From the sequence record DRR723986_3145: 53,304 nucleotides of DNA; one strand, written 5' to 3'. The notes beneath the pieces are model-generated. The model searched no databases and was not told where the DNA came from. It worked only from the letters and a program-made list of their open reading frames with translations. The translations under genes were made by a program, and so were the position numbers. Below are positions 9,104-19,505 of the stretch, piece after piece; position 1 is the first letter of the stretch; each line of letters begins with the position of its first letter.

Positions 9104-10102
9104 ATGCCAAAGGCCACCACTCCCGCCCAGTACATTCTCATCCTGATCGACCTGGTCGAGAGCCAGGGGCACGACCGGGCCGCGCTGCTGGCCGGGACCA
9201 CCCTGGCGGAAACCGGCATTTCCGGGATAGGCGCCCGGGTGAGTGAGGTCGATTTCGCGCGCCTGGTGAGCAATGCCTTCACCCTGACCGGCGACCCGGC
9301 CCTGGGCCTGCACCTTGGCATGCGCCTGAATATGAGCGCCCACGCCCTGCTGGGGCAGGCGATCATGACCTGCCGCGACCTGCACCAGGTGATGGAACTG
9401 TTCCTGAAGTACTACCACCTGCTGTCACCGGCGCTGTACCTGGAATACAAGACGGTGGGCGACCAGGCGATCTTTACCATTGTGTCGACACCGGAGGAAA
9501 ACCCGATCGACTTCGCCTACGAGATGATGTTCGCCGCGTTTCTCAATACGCTGCGCGGCCTGCTCGGCAGCCAGGACATCAACCTGAAGGTGGAGTTTCC
9601 CTACCCCGCGCCGGCGCACGCCACAAGGTATTACGAGGTGTTCGGCGCCGACGTGCTATTTAACAGCATGCGCGGCCGTATCAGCCTCGACCTGGCGTTG
9701 CTCGACACCCCCCTGCCCTCGTCCAACCCGGCGCTGCGCAACCTCTATGAAGAAGAGTGCGCCCGCCTGCTGGCGGATCTGGAGGAGGAAGATTCGGTGG
9801 CCGAGCAGACCCTACGCCTGCTGCGCAAGCTGGAAGGCCAGTACCCGCAGATGCCGCAGCTGGCCCGTATGCTCAACTTCAGCCCGCGCACCTATCGCCG
9901 GCGCCTGGAACAGGAGACACAGTCCTACCAGGTATTACTGGACAAGGTGCGCGCGGAGCACGCGACCCGCTATCTGCAGAATACCCGCCTGCCGCTGTCC
10001 AGCATCGCCTATATGGTGGGCTTCAACGATGCCTCCAATTTCCGCCGGGCCTATATCAAGTGGACCGGCCACTCACCTCGCGACGTGCGCCGTGGCAGCT
10101 AG
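9104..10102 (+). CDS. AraC family transcriptional regulator
   Basis: N-terminal GDPALGLHLG-type ligand domain; C-terminal SPRTYRRRL...IAYMVGFNDASNFRRAYIKWTGHSP. Confidence 0.93.
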   Translation: MPKATTPAQYILILIDLVESQGHDRAALLAGTTLAETGISGIGARVSEVDFARLVSNAFTLTGDPALGLHLGMRLNMSAHALLGQAIMTCRDLHQVMELFLKYYHLLSPALYLEYKTVGDQAIFTIVSTPEENPIDFAYEMMFAAFLNTLRGLLGSQDINLKVEFPYPAPAHATRYYEVFGADVLFNSMRGRISLDLALLDTPLPSSNPALRNLYEEECARLLADLEEEDSVAEQTLRLLRKLEGQYPQMPQLARMLNFSPRTYRRRLEQETQSYQVLLDKVRAEHATRYLQNTRLPLSSIAYMVGFNDASNFRRAYIKWTGHSPRDVRRGS

Positions 10103-11162
10103 GGCGCTGTCGATTTTTGCCGGCCGGCAGGCCGCCGACAGGCTGGCGGCGGAAGGCTGGCAAGCCGATCTTTTTTCCCTGCTCCTGGGCGCATCCGGCG
10201 GCCCCAAGTGGTTCATCCTGAGCCAACTCGACCAGTTCCTGTTTGGCGACTTCCTGCAGCGCGGCAGCCGGCCGCTGGCAACCCTAGGCTCCTCCATTGG
10301 CTCCTGGCGCCACGCCTGCCTGCCGCAGGCGGACCCGGCGGCCGCCGTGCGCCGGCTGGAAGCCGGCTACCTGCACCAGACCTACAGCTGTGAACGCCCC
10401 GGCGCAGAAGAGATCAGCGAGGTCAGTGGCCAGATCCTGGCCGGGCTGCTGGGGGATACCGGCACCAGCCAGGTGATCACCCACCCCCGCTTCCGAACCC
10501 ATATCGTGACCGCACGGGGACGCGGCGCCACCGGTAGTTCATCGGCACCGCTGCTGGCCACCGGCATGGGCGTCGCCGCGCTGGGTAACGCCCTCAGCCG
10601 CGAACTGCTGAAATGGTCGTTCCAACGAGTTGTATTTCACAGCGCGGCCGAGCCCGAGCCGGGCCTGGCCCTGCAGGACTTCGATACCGCCTATGCCCAC
10701 CTGCATATCGACAACCTGCAGCGCGCCCTCCACGCCAGTGGTGCCATACCCTTTGTGCTCACCGGGGAACGGGATATCCCGGGAGCGCCACCGGGGCAGT
10801 ACTGGGATGGGGGCATCATCGATTATCACTTCGACCTGGCTCAGTATCGCGGCGACGGCCTGATGCTCTACCCCCACTTCCGTGCCGACATCACCCCGGG
10901 CTGGTTCGACAAGTTCCTGCCCTGGCGCCGGGGGGCGCCGACCGACGTGGACCAGCTGGTACTGCTCTGCCCGAGCCCCGAGTTCGTGGCGCAACTGCCA
11001 CATGGGAAGATCCCCGACCGGGGCGATTTCAAGCGCCTGCGACCGGAGCAGCGAATTGCTTACTGGGAAACCTGCGTGGCGCGCAGCGGGGCGATGGCGG
11101 CGGAGTTTGCTGAGTTGGTCGACAGCGGGAACCCGCTGGCCGGGGTTACGGTGCTGGGGTGA
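10092..11162 (+). CDS. Patatin-like phospholipase/hydrolase
   Basis: GASGGPKW, GSSIG (GxSxG), ASGAIP, DGG; probable GTG start overlapping the AraC stop. Confidence 0.85.
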   Translation: MAARALSIFAGRQAADRLAAEGWQADLFSLLLGASGGPKWFILSQLDQFLFGDFLQRGSRPLATLGSSIGSWRHACLPQADPAAAVRRLEAGYLHQTYSCERPGAEEISEVSGQILAGLLGDTGTSQVITHPRFRTHIVTARGRGATGSSSAPLLATGMGVAALGNALSRELLKWSFQRVVFHSAAEPEPGLALQDFDTAYAHLHIDNLQRALHASGAIPFVLTGERDIPGAPPGQYWDGGIIDYHFDLAQYRGDGLMLYPHFRADITPGWFDKFLPWRRGAPTDVDQLVLLCPSPEFVAQLPHGKIPDRGDFKRLRPEQRIAYWETCVARSGAMAAEFAELVDSGNPLAGVTVLG

Positions 11163-11168
11163 AGCAGC

Positions 11169-11444
11169 TCAAGTGATGTATTCGTCGAGGTAGCGCTGGA
11201 CCTCGTCGCGCAACACGCCCTTGAAGGCGGAGGCCAGCAGGCCGAGCCTGACCGAAACATCCACCATGCCGTCGTGAAAGCTGAGTTCACCGTCTACCCC
11301 GGCACCCTTGATCCGCACCGAGTCTCCCTGCCAGCGCGCACGCACCCCATGCTGCTGCTCAAGGCTGGCCGCCAGGCCCTCGGCAGCACGGCGCACCTCG
11401 TCCTTGGACATGGTATAGGGTTTGGTGAGTCGGAATCCGGCCAT
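11169..11444 (-). CDS. Polyhydroxyalkanoic acid system (PHA_gran_rgn) family protein
   Basis: 91 aa; RWQGDSVRIKGAGVDG...VRLGLLASAFKG...YLD pattern; GGAGG RBS. Confidence 0.85.
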   Translation of the reverse strand: MAGFRLTKPYTMSKDEVRRAAEGLAASLEQQHGVRARWQGDSVRIKGAGVDGELSFHDGMVDVSVRLGLLASAFKGVLRDEVQRYLDEYIT

Positions 11445-11478
11445 AGCGTGACCTCCCTTAAGGTGGCGCCAGTATAGA

Positions 11479-12354
11479 TCAGGCCCTGCCGCGCCGCATC
11501 ACCAGCCAGTTCCCCAGCAAGACCAGGCACAGGCCGGCAAAGGCCAGCAGGGACCAGCGGTAACCCTCCACCAGGGTGGAGATCAGCAGCGCGAGCACCG
11601 GGATCAACAGGTTGATGTAGGACGCACGATCGGCGCCTAGCCGACCGATCAGGGTCAGGTAGGCCCAGAACGCCACCACCGAACCAAACAGTGCAAGATA
11701 ACCCAGCGACAGCAGATAGGCCGGCGAGAAGTCCAGGGTGATTTCCTCACCGAGCAGCAGCGCGGCCAGATAGAGGGTCAGGGATCCGTACAGCATGCCC
11801 CAGGCATTGCTGCTCAACACCGGCACGTTCCGGCGGTGGTGCCGGGAGGCAATGATATTACCGAGGGAGGCGGAGAAGGTCCCGACGAGGCACAGTAACA
11901 GCGCACGGAAGTTGGCATCGGTCAGGTCCAGCGCTTCCAGCTCCGGCAGGAAAACCCCCACCATACCCAGCATACCAACGAGCGCGCCGACCCCAACCGC
12001 CGGGCTGACCGGCAGGCCGAGGAAGATCGCGCCATTGATCATATTGAGGATCACCATGGAGGAGAACACCACGGCAACCAGGCCACTGCTGAGGGTCATC
12101 GTGGCGGTGTAGATAAAAAGGTAGTTGATGGAGAACAGGCACAGGCCCTGAAGGTACATGAAACCGTGGTCACGCCAGCCCAGGCGCAAGCTCTCGCGGC
12201 GCAACAGCAACCATATGAACAGGAAGAACGAGGCCAGGGCGAAGCGGTGGGCGATCGACACCACCGGTGCCACGGTGCCCAGCTGATAGGTGATTGCAAT
12301 CCAGGTCGAGCCCCAGATCAGGACCGCCAGCAGGTAGAGCACCGTATTGTTCAT
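11479..12354 (-). CDS. DMT/EamA family transporter
   Basis: About 10 TM segments; IWGSTW, RFALA, YLALFGSVVAF. Confidence 0.92.
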   Translation of the reverse strand: MNNTVLYLLAVLIWGSTWIAITYQLGTVAPVVSIAHRFALASFFLFIWLLLRRESLRLGWRDHGFMYLQGLCLFSINYLFIYTATMTLSSGLVAVVFSSMVILNMINGAIFLGLPVSPAVGVGALVGMLGMVGVFLPELEALDLTDANFRALLLCLVGTFSASLGNIIASRHHRRNVPVLSSNAWGMLYGSLTLYLAALLLGEEITLDFSPAYLLSLGYLALFGSVVAFWAYLTLIGRLGADRASYINLLIPVLALLISTLVEGYRWSLLAFAGLCLVLLGNWLVMRRGRA

Positions 12355-12398
12355 GACCGGAAGCCGGGTGTGACAGAACGCGCAATGTAGCACAGCGC

Positions 12399-12441
12399 GC
12401 CCGGCCAGCACCGCGGTTCAGCCGCGGCGCTGCCGCCGGGC
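12399..12441. terminator. Long GC-rich hairpin downstream of the LLM gene (terminator/stabiliser)
   Basis: GCCCGGC-CAGCACCGCGGT-TCA-GCCGCGGCGCTG-CC-GCCGGGC; no U tract. Confidence 0.4.
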
Positions 12442-12452
12442 AGCGGGGGTAC

Positions 12453-13319
12453 TCAGCTCTTGATGAATTCGCCGGCGTACCAGTTCATCATCTGCAGCTT
12501 CTGTTCGAGGTTATGATCGGGCTCCATCTCGTAAACGTTACGGAAGGCGATGATCACGTCCGTGACGCCGATGTCCTCGAGCTCGCCAATCCCTTCCTTG
12601 GTGAACGCATTCTGGCCGGTGGTAAAGATGCGGAACGGCCGGTCGGCAGTGCCGTACTCGTCGCGCAACTCGTTGATGCGGCGAATATAGGCGCCAAGCT
12701 GTTCCATGTCTGCACCGGCACACATCCAGCCGTCGCCGACCCGTGCCGCTCGCTGCAGCGCCGGCTCCGCGTGGCCGCCAATAAGAATCGGTGTGGGCGC
12801 CGTCGGCACCGGACACATCTTGTTGGCCGGCATCTGGTGCAGCTCGCCCTCGTAACCAAAGAACTCACCGGACTCCAGGCCGCGCAGGATATCGATCTGC
12901 TCGTCAAAACGCTTACCGCGCTTTTCCCAGGGCACCCCGCAGACCGCGAAGTCCTCTTCCCAGGGGCTGATGCCCACCCCGAAATCGAAGCGGTTGCCAG
13001 ACAACTGCTGGATACTCTGGACCTGCTTGGCCACCACGGGCGCCTGGCGCACGGCCAGCTTGTAGACAAAGGTGGCGAAGCGAATGTGCTCGGTCACCGC
13101 CGCCATCGCTGATACCGCAATCAGGCTCTCCAGAAACGGCACACTCTCCAGGAACTCCCGGCTACCGTCATTGTTGTACGGGTACTTGGAGCTGCACTCC
13201 TGGGGATAACAAATGCTGTCGGGAATAGTGATTCCATCAAAGCCCGCCTGCTCTGCCGCCTTGGCCAGGGGCAGGTAGTGCCCTGCCTCGCTCATACCCA
13301 CCTGGTAGCTGAATCTCAT
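12453..13319 (-). CDS. LLM-class, probably F420-dependent oxidoreductase (TIGR03619-like)
   Basis: AEQAGFDGITIPDS, LSGNRFDFGVGISPW, PILIGG, RAARVGDGW. Confidence 0.87.
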   Translation of the reverse strand: MRFSYQVGMSEAGHYLPLAKAAEQAGFDGITIPDSICYPQECSSKYPYNNDGSREFLESVPFLESLIAVSAMAAVTEHIRFATFVYKLAVRQAPVVAKQVQSIQQLSGNRFDFGVGISPWEEDFAVCGVPWEKRGKRFDEQIDILRGLESGEFFGYEGELHQMPANKMCPVPTAPTPILIGGHAEPALQRAARVGDGWMCAGADMEQLGAYIRRINELRDEYGTADRPFRIFTTGQNAFTKEGIGELEDIGVTDVIIAFRNVYEMEPDHNLEQKLQMMNWYAGEFIKS

Positions 13320-13591
13320 TCGCTCTCTCCTCGCGCCTGTTTTGGCTCATGGTGTCGTACCGCACTGTAGCGCCTGGCCCGGTGACGGTCATGGTTTTAA
13401 CAAAAATTGCCTGCCCTGGGCTCACATGCTGAACCTGCAGTAACGACAAGCTATACGCCGCTAATCGCCCCGGGGATGAGTCCCGGTGGACACACCGCAA
13501 GTACGCGAGCGCCACGGGTTCAAGCAATCGGACCAGGCCCCGGCAAGACTCCACTGCGGCACGGGGCTGCGAATCGATTACAATTCCGCCC

Positions 13592-14491
13592 ATGACTACA
13601 ACAGACACGCAGCCAGTAACCCCGATCGGGGACGTTTCCCGACGCTTCCTGTTCGACAGCGGCGATATTCGCGGCGAGACAGTCCACCTGGACCTGTCAC
13701 TGAAAGACGTCCTGGCCAATCACCAGTATGCCCCCGGGGTGCAGACCCTGCTGGGGGAATTCATCGCCGCGGCGGTGCTCCTGAGCACCACCCTGAAATT
13801 CGAGGGCAAGCTGATCCTGCAGGCCCGCAGCGAGGGACAGGTACCCCTGCTGATGGCCGAGTGCAACGACCAGCTGGATGTCCGGGCCATTGCCCGGGGG
13901 GCCCAGCAGGCCACCTCGGATCGCTTCGAGCAGTTGCTGACCAATGGCCACCTGGCCATTACCATCGAGCCCCTGAACGGGGCGCGCTACCAGGGCATCG
14001 TGCCCCTGATCCAGGACTCCCTGGCCCACAGCCTGGATGCGTATTTCGAACAATCCGAGCAGCTCAGCACCCGATTCTGGCTGGCCGCAGACGGTCAGCG
14101 GGCGGCGGGCCTGCTGCTGCAGCAACTGCCGGCCCAACTCGAGCGAGATGCAGCCAACCGGGAGCAGCAGTGGCAGCATTGCTGCACTCTGGCGGCCACG
14201 GTGCAGGCGCAGGAGCTGCTGGACCTGCCCGCTGAGCGAATGCTCTATCGGCTGTTTCATGAGGAACCGGTGCGCCTGTTTGAGGCCCGCAGCGTCCGGT
14301 TTCGCTGCAGTTGCTCCCGGGAACGCAGTCTCAACGCCCTGTCTGCGGTGGGTGCGGAGGAGATCGAGGACCTGCTGCGCGAGCAGGGCAAGGTGACCAT
14401 GGACTGTGAATTCTGCAACCAGCGCTATGAGTTTGACGCCCGGGAGCTGGACGCCCTGCTGGCGGCCAGATCGGACCCAACCCTCCACTGA
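13592..14491 (+). CDS. hslO: Hsp33 redox-regulated chaperone
   Basis: YQGIV, YFEQSEQL, AGLLLQQLP, CSCS...CEFC zinc motif. Confidence 0.97.
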   Translation: MTTTDTQPVTPIGDVSRRFLFDSGDIRGETVHLDLSLKDVLANHQYAPGVQTLLGEFIAAAVLLSTTLKFEGKLILQARSEGQVPLLMAECNDQLDVRAIARGAQQATSDRFEQLLTNGHLAITIEPLNGARYQGIVPLIQDSLAHSLDAYFEQSEQLSTRFWLAADGQRAAGLLLQQLPAQLERDAANREQQWQHCCTLAATVQAQELLDLPAERMLYRLFHEEPVRLFEARSVRFRCSCSRERSLNALSAVGAEEIEDLLREQGKVTMDCEFCNQRYEFDARELDALLAARSDPTLH

Positions 14492-14644
14492 CGCCTGATC
14501 GGCGCAGATCGACGATTTTTTGCCCTCTCAGGTTCGCTTCCCCGGCGTATTCTGACATAATGCGCACCCCGCAAGAGGGGGCAAAAGCCCGTTCCGGATC
14601 CCGTAGCCGGCCCACGGCAGACAACACAGGACAGCCATACAATA

Positions 14645-16204
<1,560 letters not shown>

Positions 16205-16333
16205 CGCCCCGCACAGCATCGAGGGGCAGCCGGCCTCCGCCTCACACTGGCGAACACCACCCATAATGCACCATAATCGGACGTGACGGCCCACATCGGG
16301 CCGTTTACAAATTCCGAACAGGTGGATGCCACA

Positions 16334-16771
16334 ATGTCCCAACTACTGAAGATTGCGGTTCTTTCCCTCGCGTTTTCGCTGCCCGCACTGGCGGCCAGTG
16401 AAGCGGGGACCATCAAAACCAGCAGGGGCAGCGCCAGCATCGTGCGCGACGGCGCCACCCTGCCAGCCGCGGTGGGCGACACACTGCTGGTGAGCGATTC
16501 GGTGGTGACCGAGGCCGATGGCGTCGTCGGCATTACCTTGCGTGACAACACCCGCCTGACTGCAGGCCCCAATACCACCCTGGAACTGAACAAGTTCGCC
16601 TTTGATACCACCACCAACAAAGGCCAGGTAGACGCCTCGGTCAAACGCGGTTCGCTGTCGGTGATCTCCGGCAAGATTGCCAAGGCCAGTCCTGATGGCG
16701 TGCAGTTCCACACGCCGACCGTAACCCTGGGGGTCCGCGGGACCAAATTCATCGTGGCCGCAGGCAACTAG
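16334..16771 (+). CDS. Secreted FecR-domain protein (ends shortly after the GT motif)
   Basis: Signal peptide; VGDTL...DSVVT...GITLRDNTRLT.GPNT...TPTVTLGVRGTKF. Confidence 0.88.
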   Translation: MSQLLKIAVLSLAFSLPALAASEAGTIKTSRGSASIVRDGATLPAAVGDTLLVSDSVVTEADGVVGITLRDNTRLTAGPNTTLELNKFAFDTTTNKGQVDASVKRGSLSVISGKIAKASPDGVQFHTPTVTLGVRGTKFIVAAGN

Positions 16772-16782
16772 GGAGTACCAAC

Positions 16783-17397
16783 ATGTTTGAGCTTTTCCTG
16801 ATCCCGGTAACCATCATCGCCGTGGCCCTCCTGCAGCCCGAACCTCCGCCGCCGGAACCCCCCAAGGAGAAAATCGTCCTGTTGCCTGATGATGACGGTA
16901 ACGTGGGTGCGGTCGTGGTCACCACCAGTGCCGGGGAACAGACCCTGGACACCGCCTACGGGGCAGTACAGGTCAGCGAAAGTGGTGAGATCGCTCCGGT
17001 GGTGGAATCCGCCGAGTCGATCCGGGCCCAGTTCGGCGACGTGCTCGACGCAGCGCCGCCGGAGCCGGTGTCATTCGTGGTGTACTTCGTCTCGGGATCC
17101 AGCACCCAGCTCACCCCCGCATCGGAGCAGACGATTACCGACTTAGAGGCAGCTCTGGCGCTGCGGCCAGCGCCCGAGATACTGGTCATCGGGCATACCG
17201 ATACCGTCGGTGACGGGGACGATAACGACCGCCTGTCCCTGGCGCGCGCCACCCGGGTGCTCGACATGATTCGCCAGACCGGCGTTTCTGCTGCAAGCCT
17301 CGAGGCCAGCGGCCGCGGCGAGCGCGAACTGCTGGTACCGACAGAAGACCGGGTCGACGAACCGCGCAATCGCCGCGTCGAAATCAACATCCGCTGA
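16783..17397 (+). CDS. OmpA-like peptidoglycan-binding domain protein
   Basis: GHTDTVG...NDRLSLARA...GRGE...NRRVEI; GGAG RBS. Confidence 0.92.
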   Translation: MFELFLIPVTIIAVALLQPEPPPPEPPKEKIVLLPDDDGNVGAVVVTTSAGEQTLDTAYGAVQVSESGEIAPVVESAESIRAQFGDVLDAAPPEPVSFVVYFVSGSSTQLTPASEQTITDLEAALALRPAPEILVIGHTDTVGDGDDNDRLSLARATRVLDMIRQTGVSAASLEASGRGERELLVPTEDRVDEPRNRRVEINIR

Positions 17398-17424
17398 TCA
17401 GCCAGCGCCCGCGACGCACCGGCG

Positions 17425-19497
17425 ATGAATTACATCCTTGGCCTGCTGCGCGGCATCTTCACCTACCGGAAAGGGCGCCCGGCAGCGGTCGTCATCCTGC
17501 TGTGGACCTGCACCCTGTCGGTGCTGTCGGAAGTCACCGTAGAGGGCGGCTTGCGGGAGTACTCCGGGGCCTTCACCCGCCCCTTTGTCAGTGCGCGCCA
17601 GCTTCTGTTCGACAGCTACCAGAAATACGACCCGCGCATTCCCCTCTCCCAGCCGGTCACCATCGTCGCCATCGACGAGGCCAGCCTGTCCGATATCGGC
17701 CAGTGGCCCTGGCCGCGCAACAAGCTCGCTGACCTGATCGCGGCCATCGGCGCTTACCAGCCGGCGGCCATCGGTCTCGATATGTACATGCCCGAACGCG
17801 ACCAGACCTCGCCGGATATCGTTGCCGAGAACCTGCCGGCCGATGCGGCGCCGGAACTGCTCGAGCGCTTGCGGTCGATGCCCAGCCATGAGGCGCTGTT
17901 CGCGGAAGCACTGTTTACCTATCCCACTGTGCTCGGCGCGGCGGGCTTCGATTTCGAGACCTACACCACCAGCGCGGGTCTGCGCACCGTGCCGCTGCAG
18001 GTCAACGGCAATGACCCGCTGCCATTCGTCCGCAAGTTCGACGCGGTGCTGGCCAGCCTGCCCGAGCTGCAGGCCGCAGCCTGGGGGCAGGCAGTGCTCA
18101 GCGTGGACCTGGACTTCGGCGTGGTACGCCGGATTCCCCTGGTGGTCGCGGTGGGTGACGAGCTGGTCTCCGGCCTGGCGATGGAAATGCTGCGGGTTGC
18201 CACTGGGTCGGAAGCGGTCATGGTGAACACCGGCAGCCGCGGGATCGAGAGTGTCGCCATCGCTGAGCTCGCCGTACCGACGCAGCCCGGTGGCGACATG
18301 TGGCTGCACTTCGCCGAAGCGCGTTCCACCGCGGGGCGCTACGTCTCCGCCGCCCGGGTCCTCTCTGGCGATGTCGACCCGGACCAGCTCAGCGGCAAAC
18401 TGGTGCTGCTCGGCCTGACCGGCTTCGGACTTAACGATATGCGAACCACCGCCCTCGGCGAACTGGTACCCGGCATCGAGATCCAGGCGCAGGTACTGGA
18501 GGCCATGTTTGACGGCAACTTCGTGGTCCGACCCTGGTGGATGAAATGGGTGGAGATCGGCGGCATCCTCGCGATCGGCCTGTTCCTGGTCTGGTTTATT
18601 CCCCGCACCGAATCACCGCTGGCCAAATTCCTGCAGACCGTACCCCGCGCCTATCTCTGGCTGACCCTGGGCGTGAACCTGGTGCTTGCCGGCATCGGCC
18701 TGCTGCTGTTCAGCAAACTCGGCTTGCTGTTTGACGCCGCCTCGGCCTTCCTCATATTTTCGGCGATCATCGGCAGCCTGGTTTCCAGTGCCCTGATTCA
18801 GATCGACCGTGTCGCCAGGGCCAGGGAAAGCCAGGAACAGGCCATGCGTGAAAACGCCAAACTGGTGGCCGGCGGCATGGCCGCGCGGTTTGCCATGGAT
18901 AACGAGGCGGCCAACGCCGGCCCGGCGGGCTACCCGGAGGACGAACTGACCCGCGCACTGGCGGAAGAGGCTGGCCGCTTACCCCAACTGCAGGCGCAAC
19001 TGGACGGCCACATGATCGAGTTGATCAGCCGCGCCGCCCTGCACCGCGATATGGGCATGGTACAGGTACCCCGAGAGTTACTGGCGAGCCCGGAGCCGCT
19101 GCCGGCAGAAGCCCGCAGCCAGTTGCGCCAGCATCCCGAGGTGGGCCGCCTGGCGCTGGCCTCGGTGCGGGAACTGCTGGAGCAGGAGCACAGTGGCATT
19201 CCCGAGCACCTGGAGCGTTACCTGGAAGTACTCCGCGACACGGTGGACAGCCACCACGAGCGCTGGGATGGCAATGGCTACCCGAAAGGGCTGGCGGGTG
19301 ACTCTATCCCCCTGGCAGGACGGATTGTTGCCATTGTGGACACCTACCAGAGCCTGGTCAGCGAGCGCCCCTACCGCCCCGCCCGCTCCCCGCAGGCGGC
19401 GCTGGAGATCATCGAGCAGGGAGCCGCCAGCCAGTTCGATCCCCAGCTGGTGCAGTGCTTCCTCCAGGTGATGGCAGCTCGCGGTCAGCCGACCTGA
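17425..19497 (+). CDS. CHASE2 membrane receptor with degenerate HD-GYP domain
   Basis: VAIDEASL..IGQWPWPR, DFGVVRRIPL, PGIEIQAQ, three further TMs, HHERWDGNGYP, RIVAIVD, RPY. Confidence 0.92.
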   Translation: MNYILGLLRGIFTYRKGRPAAVVILLWTCTLSVLSEVTVEGGLREYSGAFTRPFVSARQLLFDSYQKYDPRIPLSQPVTIVAIDEASLSDIGQWPWPRNKLADLIAAIGAYQPAAIGLDMYMPERDQTSPDIVAENLPADAAPELLERLRSMPSHEALFAEALFTYPTVLGAAGFDFETYTTSAGLRTVPLQVNGNDPLPFVRKFDAVLASLPELQAAAWGQAVLSVDLDFGVVRRIPLVVAVGDELVSGLAMEMLRVATGSEAVMVNTGSRGIESVAIAELAVPTQPGGDMWLHFAEARSTAGRYVSAARVLSGDVDPDQLSGKLVLLGLTGFGLNDMRTTALGELVPGIEIQAQVLEAMFDGNFVVRPWWMKWVEIGGILAIGLFLVWFIPRTESPLAKFLQTVPRAYLWLTLGVNLVLAGIGLLLFSKLGLLFDAASAFLIFSAIIGSLVSSALIQIDRVARARESQEQAMRENAKLVAGGMAARFAMDNEAANAGPAGYPEDELTRALAEEAGRLPQLQAQLDGHMIELISRAALHRDMGMVQVPRELLASPEPLPAEARSQLRQHPEVGRLALASVRELLEQEHSGIPEHLERYLEVLRDTVDSHHERWDGNGYPKGLAGDSIPLAGRIVAIVDTYQSLVSERPYRPARSPQAALEIIEQGAASQFDPQLVQCFLQVMAARGQPT

Positions 19498-19505
19498 TCC
19501 ATGCC

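Noticed and set aside
14562-14620. pckA leader with a GCAA-containing hairpin loop and GCAAAAGCC, reminiscent of a c-di-GMP-I riboswitch
   Set aside because: The 5' GGCAAA segment and proper P1/P3 elements are missing, and a CATAAT -10 box directly upstream leaves no room for them
16769-16785. Possible frameshift or sequencing error splitting a FecR-OmpA fusion
   Set aside because: The second ORF has its own RBS, ATG and hydrophobic N-terminal segment, consistent with a real separate gene
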